Made by a program: the position numbers and the translations under genes
The notes under the pieces: model-generated
The model's input: only the letters and a program-made list of their open reading frames with translations
The model's database searches: none
What the model was told of the DNA's origin: nothing
Shown: positions 37,496-47,062 of the stretch, one piece after another
Numbering within the stretch: the stretch's first letter is position 1
Layout of the letters: the number at the start of each line of letters is the position of its first letter
NCBI GenBank assembly: GCA_964012435.1
Contig: CAXGSM010000011.1
Location: 1-47,802 of the forward strand
Origin: an uncultured bacterium
GTDB lineage: Bacteria; UBP7; UBA6624
Reading direction: 5' to 3'
DNA length: 47,802 nucleotides

Positions 37496-38074
37496 ATGAC
37501 AGAACCGTATAAATGTTTACAAATCAACCCAAATGCAACCTCAATGGAGGTTGAAAAAGCCAGATTTTTAGCTATCGAAAAGGTTGAAGATAATGGTTAT
37601 GGTCCAGGAAACCTCAAACACCGTGAAATTACATGGAGTGCTGATTTGTTAAAAAATCGAGAAAACAGAGCTGCTTATGATAAGACCATATTGTCAACAT
37701 CCTTCAATAAGGTTTCTGGCTTTGATGTTAGCGATATAGAAACTGCTCTTCTTATGGAGTTGAAAATTGTTCTGCATGTCGATAGTTATTTAGAAATAAT
37801 CAACAATGATGTCAGCAAAATGGATTTTTCATTTTGCTTTTTTTCTGTTGATGAGCATGTTGATGCGGGGCGAATGGTAGCTGCTTTCTTAATGCTCATA
37901 AGAGTTTTCAACGTGATTGATGATGAAGAGGTTAAACCTCGGATTTTGTTTAAATTAGCAGATTTTTGTATTAGTAGATTGTCAGATAGAAATTGGCAAA
38001 AAGTTTTTTTAAAAAAAATAATTTCAAATTATCCCGAAAGCAAGGAAGCTCACAGGGCAGAAGATCTCATTTAA
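37496..38074 (+). CDS. DnaJ-domain-like protein lacking HPD
   Basis: PY..L.I...AT..EV..A and L.....R..YD patterns; helical C-terminus ending YPES.EA..A. Confidence 0.5.
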   Translation: MTEPYKCLQINPNATSMEVEKARFLAIEKVEDNGYGPGNLKHREITWSADLLKNRENRAAYDKTILSTSFNKVSGFDVSDIETALLMELKIVLHVDSYLEIINNDVSKMDFSFCFFSVDEHVDAGRMVAAFLMLIRVFNVIDDEEVKPRILFKLADFCISRLSDRNWQKVFLKKIISNYPESKEAHRAEDLI

Positions 38075-38493
38075 GCTTTAAAAATTTCTGAATCATTCCT
38101 GAATGCCTTAAATTCCAAGGCATTTCCCGAAGGGTCCAGAAAGAACATCGTTGCTTGCTCGCCGGGCAGGTTTTTAAATCTTACATAAGGTTTTATTATG
38201 AAATCTACACCTTTTCTTTCAAGCTTTAAGGCTAGCTTTTTCCAATCAGGTATACTGAGTATGATGCCAAAATGTTCAACCGGGACATTTTTATTATCGA
38301 CAGCACTTGTTTTGTTTTGTTTTTTTTCACTCTCTACGAGGTGAGCGACAACCTGATGGCCAAAAAAGTCAAAATCAATCCATTTATCACTACTTCTTCC
38401 AACTTTACAACCCAAAATTTCTGTGTAAAATTTTTTTGCTTCCTCCAAATTCCTGACTGGAAACGCTAAATGAAAGGGTCTTATTTTATTCAT
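38071..38493 (-). CDS. VOC/glyoxalase family protein
   Basis: PFHLAFPV..L..A..FY, FFGHQ, HFG, MFFLDPSGNALEFK. Confidence 0.9.
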   Translation of the reverse strand: MNKIRPFHLAFPVRNLEEAKKFYTEILGCKVGRSSDKWIDFDFFGHQVVAHLVESEKKQNKTSAVDNKNVPVEHFGIILSIPDWKKLALKLERKGVDFIIKPYVRFKNLPGEQATMFFLDPSGNALEFKAFRNDSEIFKA

Positions 38494-38517
38494 GTTTTCG
38501 ATTATAGTTAACAAGCT

Positions 38518-40221
38518 GTGTTAAAGATTAATTTTCGAAAAACAACAATACTCGCATTGTTATTTTCACTGGTTTCTTGTGGTTCTGGAGGATACAAGGG
38601 AATGATTCAAGAGATGGAAGCTGATAATGCGTATGGTGCATGGACTAGCTACAAGCAGTTTAACTACATGTCTGACAACCCGCATCTTGTTGCTTATATC
38701 AAATATCACGGTAGCAAACTTGCTGAATATTCAGATGATCTTAGAAGTTTAAATTATCAATTTGACATATCTAACGAAGAAGTGACTAATGCAGTCAACT
38801 ATGGAGCAGGCGTGACTTTTATGTACAATGGCCTCTTAAGGGGGGCCGAAACAACTGATGAGGTTGCAATGGTTTTAGGACACGAAGCAGCGCATACTGC
38901 TGATGGGCATATAACTGACAATATATCTAGACAGTTTTCCACACAGTTAATACAACTCGCAGTTTTGATTGAAGGAGATTTCAATCAACGTTCATCAAAC
39001 ATGGCCGACCTTATAGGAGCCCTGGGTTTTTATGCTCAAATGGAACATAGCCCCAAGGCGGAAGAGAGAGCCGATTGGCTTGGTACTGATTGGGCTTTAA
39101 AGGCTGGTTATAACCCACATTATTTTGCAGATTTCCATTCACGATTAATAGATAGAGACCCTAGTCTACCTGAAGCACAAATGAAAATATCCCTGATGTC
39201 ACATCCGCCAACTTTAGACAGAATTAACGACATTCAACAACAAGCCGATAATGCGCTCTCTGATTTTGATTCAATAAAGCAACTCAGCCTAACTTTAGCA
39301 GAAAGAGGTTTCGCCAAGGAGGCGATACAGGCTGCATACAAAACAAGGAGCTTTGACCAGGGAGGTTTTTATAACTACATGTTAAAAGAAGCTTCAAAAA
39401 TAGATCCCCCAAAAAAGATAAATATGAAAGATTACTCTTGGGCTAATGCTTATGTGCCAATATATAGACTTTGTATAAACATTAATACAGCCGATGAAGA
39501 AAGGTTACAAAAACACAATCAGATATCACCTGGTGTGGCAGCATCCATTATTGGTTATCGTTTAGAAAATGGTCTTTTTTCCGAAATCGAAGAAATTAAA
39601 AGCGTTCCTGGCTTAACAGGTGATATTTACTCATCTATAAAAAGACATGTTAGCACTAGCGATGAATGCAATGATCTTCCAATCAGGGAAAAAGACAGTT
39701 ATGAGTGGAATGAAGAGTATGAAAATATTCTTTATGGAACACTGAATGCAGTTGAAAGATGGTTTAATTATCTCAAAGATACCAATCGCTCTTGGGAGGA
39801 AGCAAAAAAAACTGATAGAGATCTGTATGAATGCATGTATCCAGCACTCACATGGAGAGATTTTGGCCGAGGGAATCAGTATGTTTGGCCAAAATTAATG
39901 CAAGATGCAATTCTTGAGGAGCCAGAAGAATATCGCGTTTCTGATATTTATGACTGTTCTGTACCTATCTTGCTGCATTTAACCAATCTCATCATGAGCG
40001 AGCTGGAGGAAGAGTACCCATCAGCAAATTTGAAAATTTTAAGTTCTTTTTTTGGAACAGAGGGACCTATAGATATTTCCAATAACATCTTTGAAATATG
40101 GGATGAGTTAAGCAGGGGAGAATGGGGCGTGGATTCAAATTGGATCTTATTGCATCTGATACATGGTGACATTGCCAGGGGTTTAATGGGTCCATTTAGC
40201 AGGTATCAAAATATAAATTAA
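38518..40221 (+). CDS. Lipoprotein: M48 zinc metalloprotease fused to a ComEA-type helix-hairpin-helix domain
   Basis: Lipobox LVSC; GHEAAH, E..AD, SHP....RI; later ININTA.EE.L.....I....A..II.YR..NG.F....EI..V.G. Confidence 0.8.
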   Translation: MLKINFRKTTILALLFSLVSCGSGGYKGMIQEMEADNAYGAWTSYKQFNYMSDNPHLVAYIKYHGSKLAEYSDDLRSLNYQFDISNEEVTNAVNYGAGVTFMYNGLLRGAETTDEVAMVLGHEAAHTADGHITDNISRQFSTQLIQLAVLIEGDFNQRSSNMADLIGALGFYAQMEHSPKAEERADWLGTDWALKAGYNPHYFADFHSRLIDRDPSLPEAQMKISLMSHPPTLDRINDIQQQADNALSDFDSIKQLSLTLAERGFAKEAIQAAYKTRSFDQGGFYNYMLKEASKIDPPKKINMKDYSWANAYVPIYRLCININTADEERLQKHNQISPGVAASIIGYRLENGLFSEIEEIKSVPGLTGDIYSSIKRHVSTSDECNDLPIREKDSYEWNEEYENILYGTLNAVERWFNYLKDTNRSWEEAKKTDRDLYECMYPALTWRDFGRGNQYVWPKLMQDAILEEPEEYRVSDIYDCSVPILLHLTNLIMSELEEEYPSANLKILSSFFGTEGPIDISNNIFEIWDELSRGEWGVDSNWILLHLIHGDIARGLMGPFSRYQNIN

Positions 40222-40242
40222 TATAAAGTTAATTTTCACATA

Positions 40243-40695
40243 ATGAATGAATTGAATTTTTCGATCAAATTAATCCCAAAAGCTCTACCAGGTGGCCCAA
40301 TTGCAGATCTTGGCTGCGGCAATGGCCTCAATTCAAGATTGTTAGCAAAGCATACGAATAGAAATTTAATATGTGTTGACAACAGGCAGGGCGCAATTGA
40401 GGCCACTAGAGAGAAAATGAGAGGTTTCAAGTCAACCTTCCTGCTTAATGATGTTTGCAGGCTCGGAATTAAGGATAACTCATGCGCTCTTGTCTATGCT
40501 TCTAGGATTTTTTCACACATCAAAGATAAGAAAATATTCTTTAAAGAAGCGATGAGGATTGTAAAAAATAATGGTTATTTGATTATTGTGGATGATGAAA
40601 AATGTTTAAATTTTTTTAAAAAAAGTAAATTAAAATTTTCTCACCTTGAATCGGCTGGAAAAATGGTTGCAATAACGTTAAAGAAAGGCTTCTAA
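40243..40695 (+). CDS. Class I SAM-dependent methyltransferase
   Basis: DLGCGNG, ..F.H, E..R..K..G.LII.D. Confidence 0.8.
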   Translation: MNELNFSIKLIPKALPGGPIADLGCGNGLNSRLLAKHTNRNLICVDNRQGAIEATREKMRGFKSTFLLNDVCRLGIKDNSCALVYASRIFSHIKDKKIFFKEAMRIVKNNGYLIIVDDEKCLNFFKKSKLKFSHLESAGKMVAITLKKGF

Positions 40696-40701
40696 TTTAG
40701 A

Positions 40702-43389
40702 ATGAAAAAAGTGAAAAATGTCCACTTTTTTGGTTCCAAAGGCGAAAAAGGACCTTTCGAAAAAAGTTTATTAGGGGGAAAAGGAGCAAATCTTGCTGAA
40801 ATGGCAAGCATGGGCTTCCCCGTCCCACCAGGATTCACGATACCCACCAAAGTTTGTCTAGACTATTTAAAAAATAATAAATATCCTCCTGAACTAAAGG
40901 CAGAGGTAGATAAAGCTATAAAAAAGATAGAAAAAGAAGTTTCAAGATCTTTTGGGAGTAAAAAAAATCCTCTTTTAATTTCGGTTAGAAGTGGTGCACC
41001 AGTTTCAATGCCTGGAATGATGGATACGATCCTGAATCTCGGACTCAATCAAGAAATTGTCGAAGAAATGGCAAGAAAGATTGATAATCAACGATTTCCA
41101 TGGGATGCCTACAGGCGATTTTTACAGATGTATGGTGATGTTGTCCTAAACATAAGGGATGAACATGGGCGAGATCCATTTAATGATTATTTTGATTCCT
41201 ATAAACATAACAAACAAATCAAAGAAGACACTGAGCTTGATGCCGATGACCTTAAAAATATTTGTTTTGAGTATAAAAATATTGCCGCAAAACATAACAA
41301 ACCAATACCTGATGCGCCCAATGAACAATTATGGGGAGCGATCAGTGCAGTTTTTAAAAGCTGGGAAAATGAAAGAGCTATTGTTTACCGAAGGCTTAAT
41401 GGCATTGAGTATGAGATGGGAACTGCTGTCAACGTTCAAGCGATGGTTTTTGGAAATTTAAATAATGAATCCGGCACAGGGGTTGCTTTCACAAGAAATC
41501 CAGCTACTGGTGCAGCGAATGTCTACGGTGAATTTTTAGTAAATGCTCAAGGTGAGGATGTCGTTGCAGGAATAAGAACCCCATTGCCGATAGAGAAAAT
41601 GCAAAAAGTATTTTCAAAAGCTTATTCTGACTTGATTGATGTTTGCTCCAGCCTAGAACAACATTACAAGGAGATGCAAGATCTTGAATTTACTATTCAG
41701 GATAAAAAATTATGGATGCTTCAATGCAGGACAGGCAAGAGGACTGGATTTGCAGCTGTACAGATTGCTGTAGATTTGGTTAATGAAGGAATTATGTCGA
41801 AAGAAAATGCACTTTTGTCTATAGATCCAGAGCATTTAGGACACTTGTTGCAACCACTTTTTGATCCTAATGAAAAGCAAAATGCAATAAGAGGCGGAAG
41901 ACTTTTGGGGCGAGGGCTTCCAGCAGGGCCAGGTGCTGCGACTGGGCGTATTGTTTTTTCTGCTACGGCAGCCGAAGATTTTGCAAGCCGTGGAGAGCTT
42001 GTTATATTGGTTAGACCTGAAACTAGCCCCGAAGACATAAGGGGAATGGCTGCAGCAAGAGGAATCCTCACTTCAAGGGGCGGTATGACTAGCCATGCTG
42101 CTTTGGTGGGAAGGCAAATGGGCAAAGTTTGTGTGGTTGGATGTCAAAATGCTCGTATAGATGTTGCCAAGAAGATTCTTATCTTCAATGAAAGAATTTT
42201 ACGTGAAGGAAACTTCATTTCATTAGATGGTACAACCGGTCAAATCATTGATGGTGAATTGCCAACAAGATCCTCTGAAATTTTAAATGTTTTGTTAGAT
42301 GGTTACCTAAATCCAGAGGATTCTAAAGTCTACCAAAACTATTCTTTGATTATGGATTGGGCGGATGATTTTAGAAAATTGAAAATTAGAACAAATGTAG
42401 ACCAACCCGACCAAGCCAGAAAGGCGATAGCTTTTGGAGCTGAAGGCATTGGGCTCTGCAGAACAGAGCATATGTTTTTTGAAGGAGAAAGAATCGATAT
42501 AGTTAGAGAAATGATTCTTGCAGAAAACAAACAAATTAGACAAAAAGCTTTAGACAAGCTTTTGCCCTTGCAGCAAAATGATTTTGAACAAATGTTTAAA
42601 GTCATGAAGGGGAAACCGGTAACTATTCGTCTGTTGGACCCACCACTTCATGAGTTTTTACCACATGATGTGTCGGGCATCAAAAAAATGGCAAAAATCA
42701 TGAAAGTATCTGTTAATGAGATCAAGACAAGAATTACAGAATTAAGTGAAGCAAACCCAATGCTTGGACATAGAGGTTGTAGATTAGGTCTTGCCTATCC
42801 AGAAATAACAGAAATGCAAGCAAAAGCTTTATTTTTAGCAGCAGGTAAGATTTCACCAAGTGATGTTCATCCTGAAATCATGGTTCCCCTTGTTGGACAT
42901 ATGGAAGAATTAAAAAGACAGAAAAGGGTGATTTCCAATGCAGCTAAAGAGGCATCCTTCAAGGGTGCCTATCAGATAGGCACAATGATTGAGTTGCCAA
43001 GAGCAGCATTGACAGCTGGTGAAATCGCTAAACATGCTGACTTTTTTTCTTTTGGAACAAATGATTTAACTCAAACAACTTTTGGTTTATCCAGAGATGA
43101 TGCCAGTTCATTCTTGCCTGATTACATAGAAAGTGGCATACTGCATGAAGATCCTTTTGCATCATTGGACATTCATGGTGTTGGTGAGCTCGTGTCCATG
43201 GCATCCAAAAAGGGAAGGGGCACCAAGAGTGATTTGAAACTGGGAGTATGCGGAGAGCATGGTGGTGACCCTAGGTCAATAATGTTTTTCCACCAAACAG
43301 GACTTGATTATGTTTCTTGCAGTCCTTTCAGGGTGCCAGTTGCTAGGTTGGCTGCAGCACAAGCCGTTTTGAAGCATGATGGAAAATAG
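40702..43389 (+). CDS. ppdK: Pyruvate, phosphate dikinase
   Basis: LLGGKGANLAEM, SVRSGA..SMPGMMDT, GGMTSHAA, GLCRTEHMF, SFGTNDLTQ, CGEHGGDP. Confidence 0.97.
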   Translation: MKKVKNVHFFGSKGEKGPFEKSLLGGKGANLAEMASMGFPVPPGFTIPTKVCLDYLKNNKYPPELKAEVDKAIKKIEKEVSRSFGSKKNPLLISVRSGAPVSMPGMMDTILNLGLNQEIVEEMARKIDNQRFPWDAYRRFLQMYGDVVLNIRDEHGRDPFNDYFDSYKHNKQIKEDTELDADDLKNICFEYKNIAAKHNKPIPDAPNEQLWGAISAVFKSWENERAIVYRRLNGIEYEMGTAVNVQAMVFGNLNNESGTGVAFTRNPATGAANVYGEFLVNAQGEDVVAGIRTPLPIEKMQKVFSKAYSDLIDVCSSLEQHYKEMQDLEFTIQDKKLWMLQCRTGKRTGFAAVQIAVDLVNEGIMSKENALLSIDPEHLGHLLQPLFDPNEKQNAIRGGRLLGRGLPAGPGAATGRIVFSATAAEDFASRGELVILVRPETSPEDIRGMAAARGILTSRGGMTSHAALVGRQMGKVCVVGCQNARIDVAKKILIFNERILREGNFISLDGTTGQIIDGELPTRSSEILNVLLDGYLNPEDSKVYQNYSLIMDWADDFRKLKIRTNVDQPDQARKAIAFGAEGIGLCRTEHMFFEGERIDIVREMILAENKQIRQKALDKLLPLQQNDFEQMFKVMKGKPVTIRLLDPPLHEFLPHDVSGIKKMAKIMKVSVNEIKTRITELSEANPMLGHRGCRLGLAYPEITEMQAKALFLAAGKISPSDVHPEIMVPLVGHMEELKRQKRVISNAAKEASFKGAYQIGTMIELPRAALTAGEIAKHADFFSFGTNDLTQTTFGLSRDDASSFLPDYIESGILHEDPFASLDIHGVGELVSMASKKGRGTKSDLKLGVCGEHGGDPRSIMFFHQTGLDYVSCSPFRVPVARLAAAQAVLKHDGK

Positions 43390-44899
43390 CTTCCTTTCAC
43401 TTTTACCGCCAATAATTGCAATACTTCTAGCTATCTTATCGAAACGAGTTCTTTTATCTCTTTTGGCAGGGGTTTTTTTAGGCTCAGTGATTGTTAATGG
43501 TTTAAGCATTACAGCTTTATTTGAATCTTTTGATAATTTTGTTGTACCAACATTAAGCAATAATGACAATGTTAAGGTTTTGCTGTTCACAATGTTTTTG
43601 GGAGGCGTTGTCTCTGTAATTGTGAATACTGGATTTGCTCAAATGTTGATTAATTCGATTACAAAACATAATCAAACAAAATCTTCCATACAGATTAAAA
43701 CATGGCTTGCTGGCATGGTAGTTTTCTTTGATGATTACGCCAATGCTCTTTTGGTTGGCACCACAATGCGCGGAATTTCAGATCAATACAAGATTTCAAG
43801 AGAGAAATTGGCTTATATTGTTGATTCAACCTCTGCACCCATAGCATCAATAGCTTTAATTTCTTCATGGATAGGGTTTGAGGTGGGCTTGATACAGGAT
43901 TCAATTGACAGTTTAGGGATTGAAGCCAACGGGTATTCCCTTTTTATTGAATCTTTACCCTATAGGTTTTATCCAATATTAGCTTTGATTTTTGTGTTTT
44001 TCATTGCAAAAACAGGCTTAGATTATGGTCCAATGCTTGAAGCCGAAAAAAGAGCTTTAGATGGTAATTTTGAAAAAGCAACAACCCAAAATGGAGGAGA
44101 TGATAAAAGTGGATGGCTGGCCTTTGTACCAATAATTACCATTATTCTCGTAACTCTTTGGGGCTTGTGGAAAACTGGCCTATCAGAGTCTGGACAAAGC
44201 ATAGCAAGCATTCTCTCTCAAGGAGATCCATTCACTGCTTTGTTTTGGGCTTCTATAGCAGGTTCTTTTGTTGCGATCGTTATGGCAGCTTGTAAGTCTA
44301 TTTTCAACATATCTAAAATTATGGATTTTTGGATAAAAGGATTAAAGTCAATGCTGCATGCTTGTTGTATCCTTGTTTTAGCATGGAGCTTAAAAGACGT
44401 TTGCGATCAGCTTGGAACAGCCAGTTATTTAATCAGTCAGATTGATAGCGGTATAAATATTGCCATTTTGCCAATGGTTATTTTTGTCCTTGCTGCAGTG
44501 GTATCATTTTCAACAGGAACATCTTTTGGCACAATGGGAATACTTATGCCGATAGTCATTCCTTTGTCTGTAAGTTTGTTAGATGCCAGCAATGGCTTCT
44601 CTGCTTCTAGCCCCATATTTCTATGCACTGTATCTGCTGTTTTAGCCGGTAGTGTTTGGGGTGATCATTGCTCTCCCATCTCTGATACTACAATTCTTTC
44701 CTCTACAGCTGCAGGAAGCGATCATATAGAGCATGTTAAAACACAAATGCCTTACGCAGTTTTCGTAGCGGTAATAGCTATTGTTTTTGGCTACCTGCCT
44801 GTAGCTTTGGGCCTCTCCCCCTGGATTTCATTATCGCTTGCCAGCTTGTCAATGTGGTTGTTTTTGAATAAATTTGGTCAAAAAGCTAAATTATCTTGA
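43376..44899 (+). CDS. Na+/H+ antiporter NhaC-family transporter
   Basis: FFDDY, ISREKLAY..DST, GTSFGT, GDHCSPISDTT. Confidence 0.88.
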   Translation: MMENSFLSLLPPIIAILLAILSKRVLLSLLAGVFLGSVIVNGLSITALFESFDNFVVPTLSNNDNVKVLLFTMFLGGVVSVIVNTGFAQMLINSITKHNQTKSSIQIKTWLAGMVVFFDDYANALLVGTTMRGISDQYKISREKLAYIVDSTSAPIASIALISSWIGFEVGLIQDSIDSLGIEANGYSLFIESLPYRFYPILALIFVFFIAKTGLDYGPMLEAEKRALDGNFEKATTQNGGDDKSGWLAFVPIITIILVTLWGLWKTGLSESGQSIASILSQGDPFTALFWASIAGSFVAIVMAACKSIFNISKIMDFWIKGLKSMLHACCILVLAWSLKDVCDQLGTASYLISQIDSGINIAILPMVIFVLAAVVSFSTGTSFGTMGILMPIVIPLSVSLLDASNGFSASSPIFLCTVSAVLAGSVWGDHCSPISDTTILSSTAAGSDHIEHVKTQMPYAVFVAVIAIVFGYLPVALGLSPWISLSLASLSMWLFLNKFGQKAKLS

Positions 44900-45967
44900 T
44901 TTTAGAAAACTTTCAAGCTGTCTAGTGGATTTCTCCCAAGTGAAGTTTTGAGATCTCTCAATTCCCGCTTCAGAAACCTCTTGGTAAAGATCTTTATTCC
45001 TAAGTAAGCGATTAATTTGCGTTTTCATTTCTTTAAAGTTGTCAACAAGAAAACCAGTTTTATTATTTTCAACAACCTCACTTAGGGCACCTCGGTTAAG
45101 AGCTATCACAGGTGTGCCTTGGTATTGTGCTTCAGCGGCAGGCAGACCATAACCTTCCCATTCGCTACCCATTACAACAAAATCAACAGCACCAATTAAA
45201 TCTCCCATTTCGTCACTTGGGTGATTTTGAAAAACCTGCACTCCTAAATTTTCAAGATTAGCGACATCATTTTGATCACCATAACCTGAACAGATCAATT
45301 TAACAGATGACATTTCTTTTGTCATTTTTATAAGGTTCAACAAGCCCTTATAGGGTTGGTATTGTGCATTCAGCCTTCCCATATACAGAATAGTTGCGGC
45401 ATGTTTTCGGCCTAATTTATCTTTTAAAGCAGCTGTGTTTTGATCATTTTTTTTCGGATAATGGTTCCATCCTGGGTTAATTATTTCAGATTTATCTTGA
45501 AGTGTTTTCGGCAAGCCGTTTGTTAAAAAGTGAGATAATGATACTATGCGTGTTGCACATGGGTAATAAAGCATATTTTGCGTTATTTCTCGCCAATAGT
45601 AAACAGCCTTACCCTTGAGGTTCAAGCCCTGATGAGGGGTAGTGCCACCATGAAGTATTGTCGAATCATGCAGAAGTGGACTTAAAGCAAAATAAGGCGG
45701 AGTAGACAATATCCATTTGATTTCTTTTTTCGCACTCAATGAAGGCATGTTTTCGATAGCCCAAATATCCTGAACAGGTGGTTTCCTGGATCTAATTGGT
45801 GGAAGTGTTTTAATTTTTACATTTTCTGGAACAAGATCAGGATCCGTTATTGAAGCATGAATAAATGAATTATTTTCAAATTTTTTCAAATTTTTTGAAT
45901 ATTCATACACTAATCTATCGACACCAAGGCCCGGTAGCATTCTTTCTGTTAAAAAACCGACTTCCAT
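44891..45967 (-). CDS. Glycosyltransferase family 4
   Basis: GRL....KG, S.WEGYGLP..EA...G.PV (EX7E). Confidence 0.88.
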   Translation of the reverse strand: MEVGFLTERMLPGLGVDRLVYEYSKNLKKFENNSFIHASITDPDLVPENVKIKTLPPIRSRKPPVQDIWAIENMPSLSAKKEIKWILSTPPYFALSPLLHDSTILHGGTTPHQGLNLKGKAVYYWREITQNMLYYPCATRIVSLSHFLTNGLPKTLQDKSEIINPGWNHYPKKNDQNTAALKDKLGRKHAATILYMGRLNAQYQPYKGLLNLIKMTKEMSSVKLICSGYGDQNDVANLENLGVQVFQNHPSDEMGDLIGAVDFVVMGSEWEGYGLPAAEAQYQGTPVIALNRGALSEVVENNKTGFLVDNFKEMKTQINRLLRNKDLYQEVSEAGIERSQNFTWEKSTRQLESFLKSR

Positions 45968-46012
45968 TTTTTAGAATCATAATAGTTTTTTGATAATGGA
46001 GGGTTTTTTGAT

Positions 46013-46885
46013 ATGGAAATAAAAAATGTAACTGTTTTTGGTAGCGGCTTAATGGGGGCAGGTATTGTGCAGGTTGCAGCTCATGCTGGATACAACGTGA
46101 CAATGGTTGATGTAGAGCAGGACTTTATCGATGGTGGAATGAAGAGAATTTCAGCGAGTTTGAAAAGAGTGCTCAGGAAAAAACATGAAAATCAAGATGA
46201 TGCTGATGCAGAATTTGCAACTATTTTCGGCAGAATTAAGGCGACAACAAGCAGAAAAGAGGGAGCCGAAGAGGCCGACCTTGTTGTGGAAGCGATTACA
46301 GAAAATATAGATTTAAAGCAGGAGCTTTTTAAATTTCTTGATGAAAATTGCCCCTCACATGCAATTTTTGCATCAAATACATCCTCATTACCAATTAGAG
46401 ATTTAGCGAAAGTTACAGGTCGAAGTGACAAGATTGGAGGGCTCCATTTTTTCAACCCAGTTCCAGTGATGAGATTGGTTGAAGTTATCAATTCAGATGA
46501 CACAAGCGATGAAACGCATGCTGCGCTGATGGCTTTTGGCGAAGCTGTGGGAAAGAAGGCGGTGTCATGCAAGGACACTCCTGGTTTCGTTGTCAACAGG
46601 CTTCTTGTCCCTTACCTTATTGAAGCTGTAAGAATGTTAGAGAGGGGAGATGCATCTGCTGAAGACATAGATGCAGCAATGAAATTAGGTTGTGGTTATC
46701 CCATGGGGCCGATGGCTTTGCTGGATTATGTTGGCTTGGATACAACTAAGTTCATTCTTGATGGCTGGCACGAAGCTTACCCCAATGAGGAACTTTTTGC
46801 ACCAAGTAGCCTTTTGGATAAATTGGTCAAGGAAGGGAAGCTTGGGAGAAAGAGTGGAGAGGGTTTTTACAATTACAGAAAATAA
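46013..46885 (+). CDS. 3-hydroxyacyl-CoA dehydrogenase (resembles mitochondrial short-chain HADH)
   Basis: GSGLMGAG, SNTSS, GLHFFNPVP, CKDTPGF.VNRLL, YPMGP; GGAGG upstream. Confidence 0.92.
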   Translation: MEIKNVTVFGSGLMGAGIVQVAAHAGYNVTMVDVEQDFIDGGMKRISASLKRVLRKKHENQDDADAEFATIFGRIKATTSRKEGAEEADLVVEAITENIDLKQELFKFLDENCPSHAIFASNTSSLPIRDLAKVTGRSDKIGGLHFFNPVPVMRLVEVINSDDTSDETHAALMAFGEAVGKKAVSCKDTPGFVVNRLLVPYLIEAVRMLERGDASAEDIDAAMKLGCGYPMGPMALLDYVGLDTTKFILDGWHEAYPNEELFAPSSLLDKLVKEGKLGRKSGEGFYNYRK

Positions 46886-47062
46886 ACAGCTTCAGATGCC
46901 GGTTTATATTAAAAATATTAAGTCTAAAATCAATTGATTACAGTCATCGCCAATATTGTAAATTTAACCTGATTTTCCAACCAAAATACATATTTTCTCG
47001 ATAGATGATACAATTGTTACCCTTATTGCACTTTTTATATTGTTATGTTTGGAAGAAAAAAT

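Noticed and set aside
46886..47062. SRP RNA (ffs) or an NG-domain remnant in the spacer
   Set aside because: AT-rich, no GGAA-tetraloop helix 8 motif, and no recognisable GTPase motif by eye.
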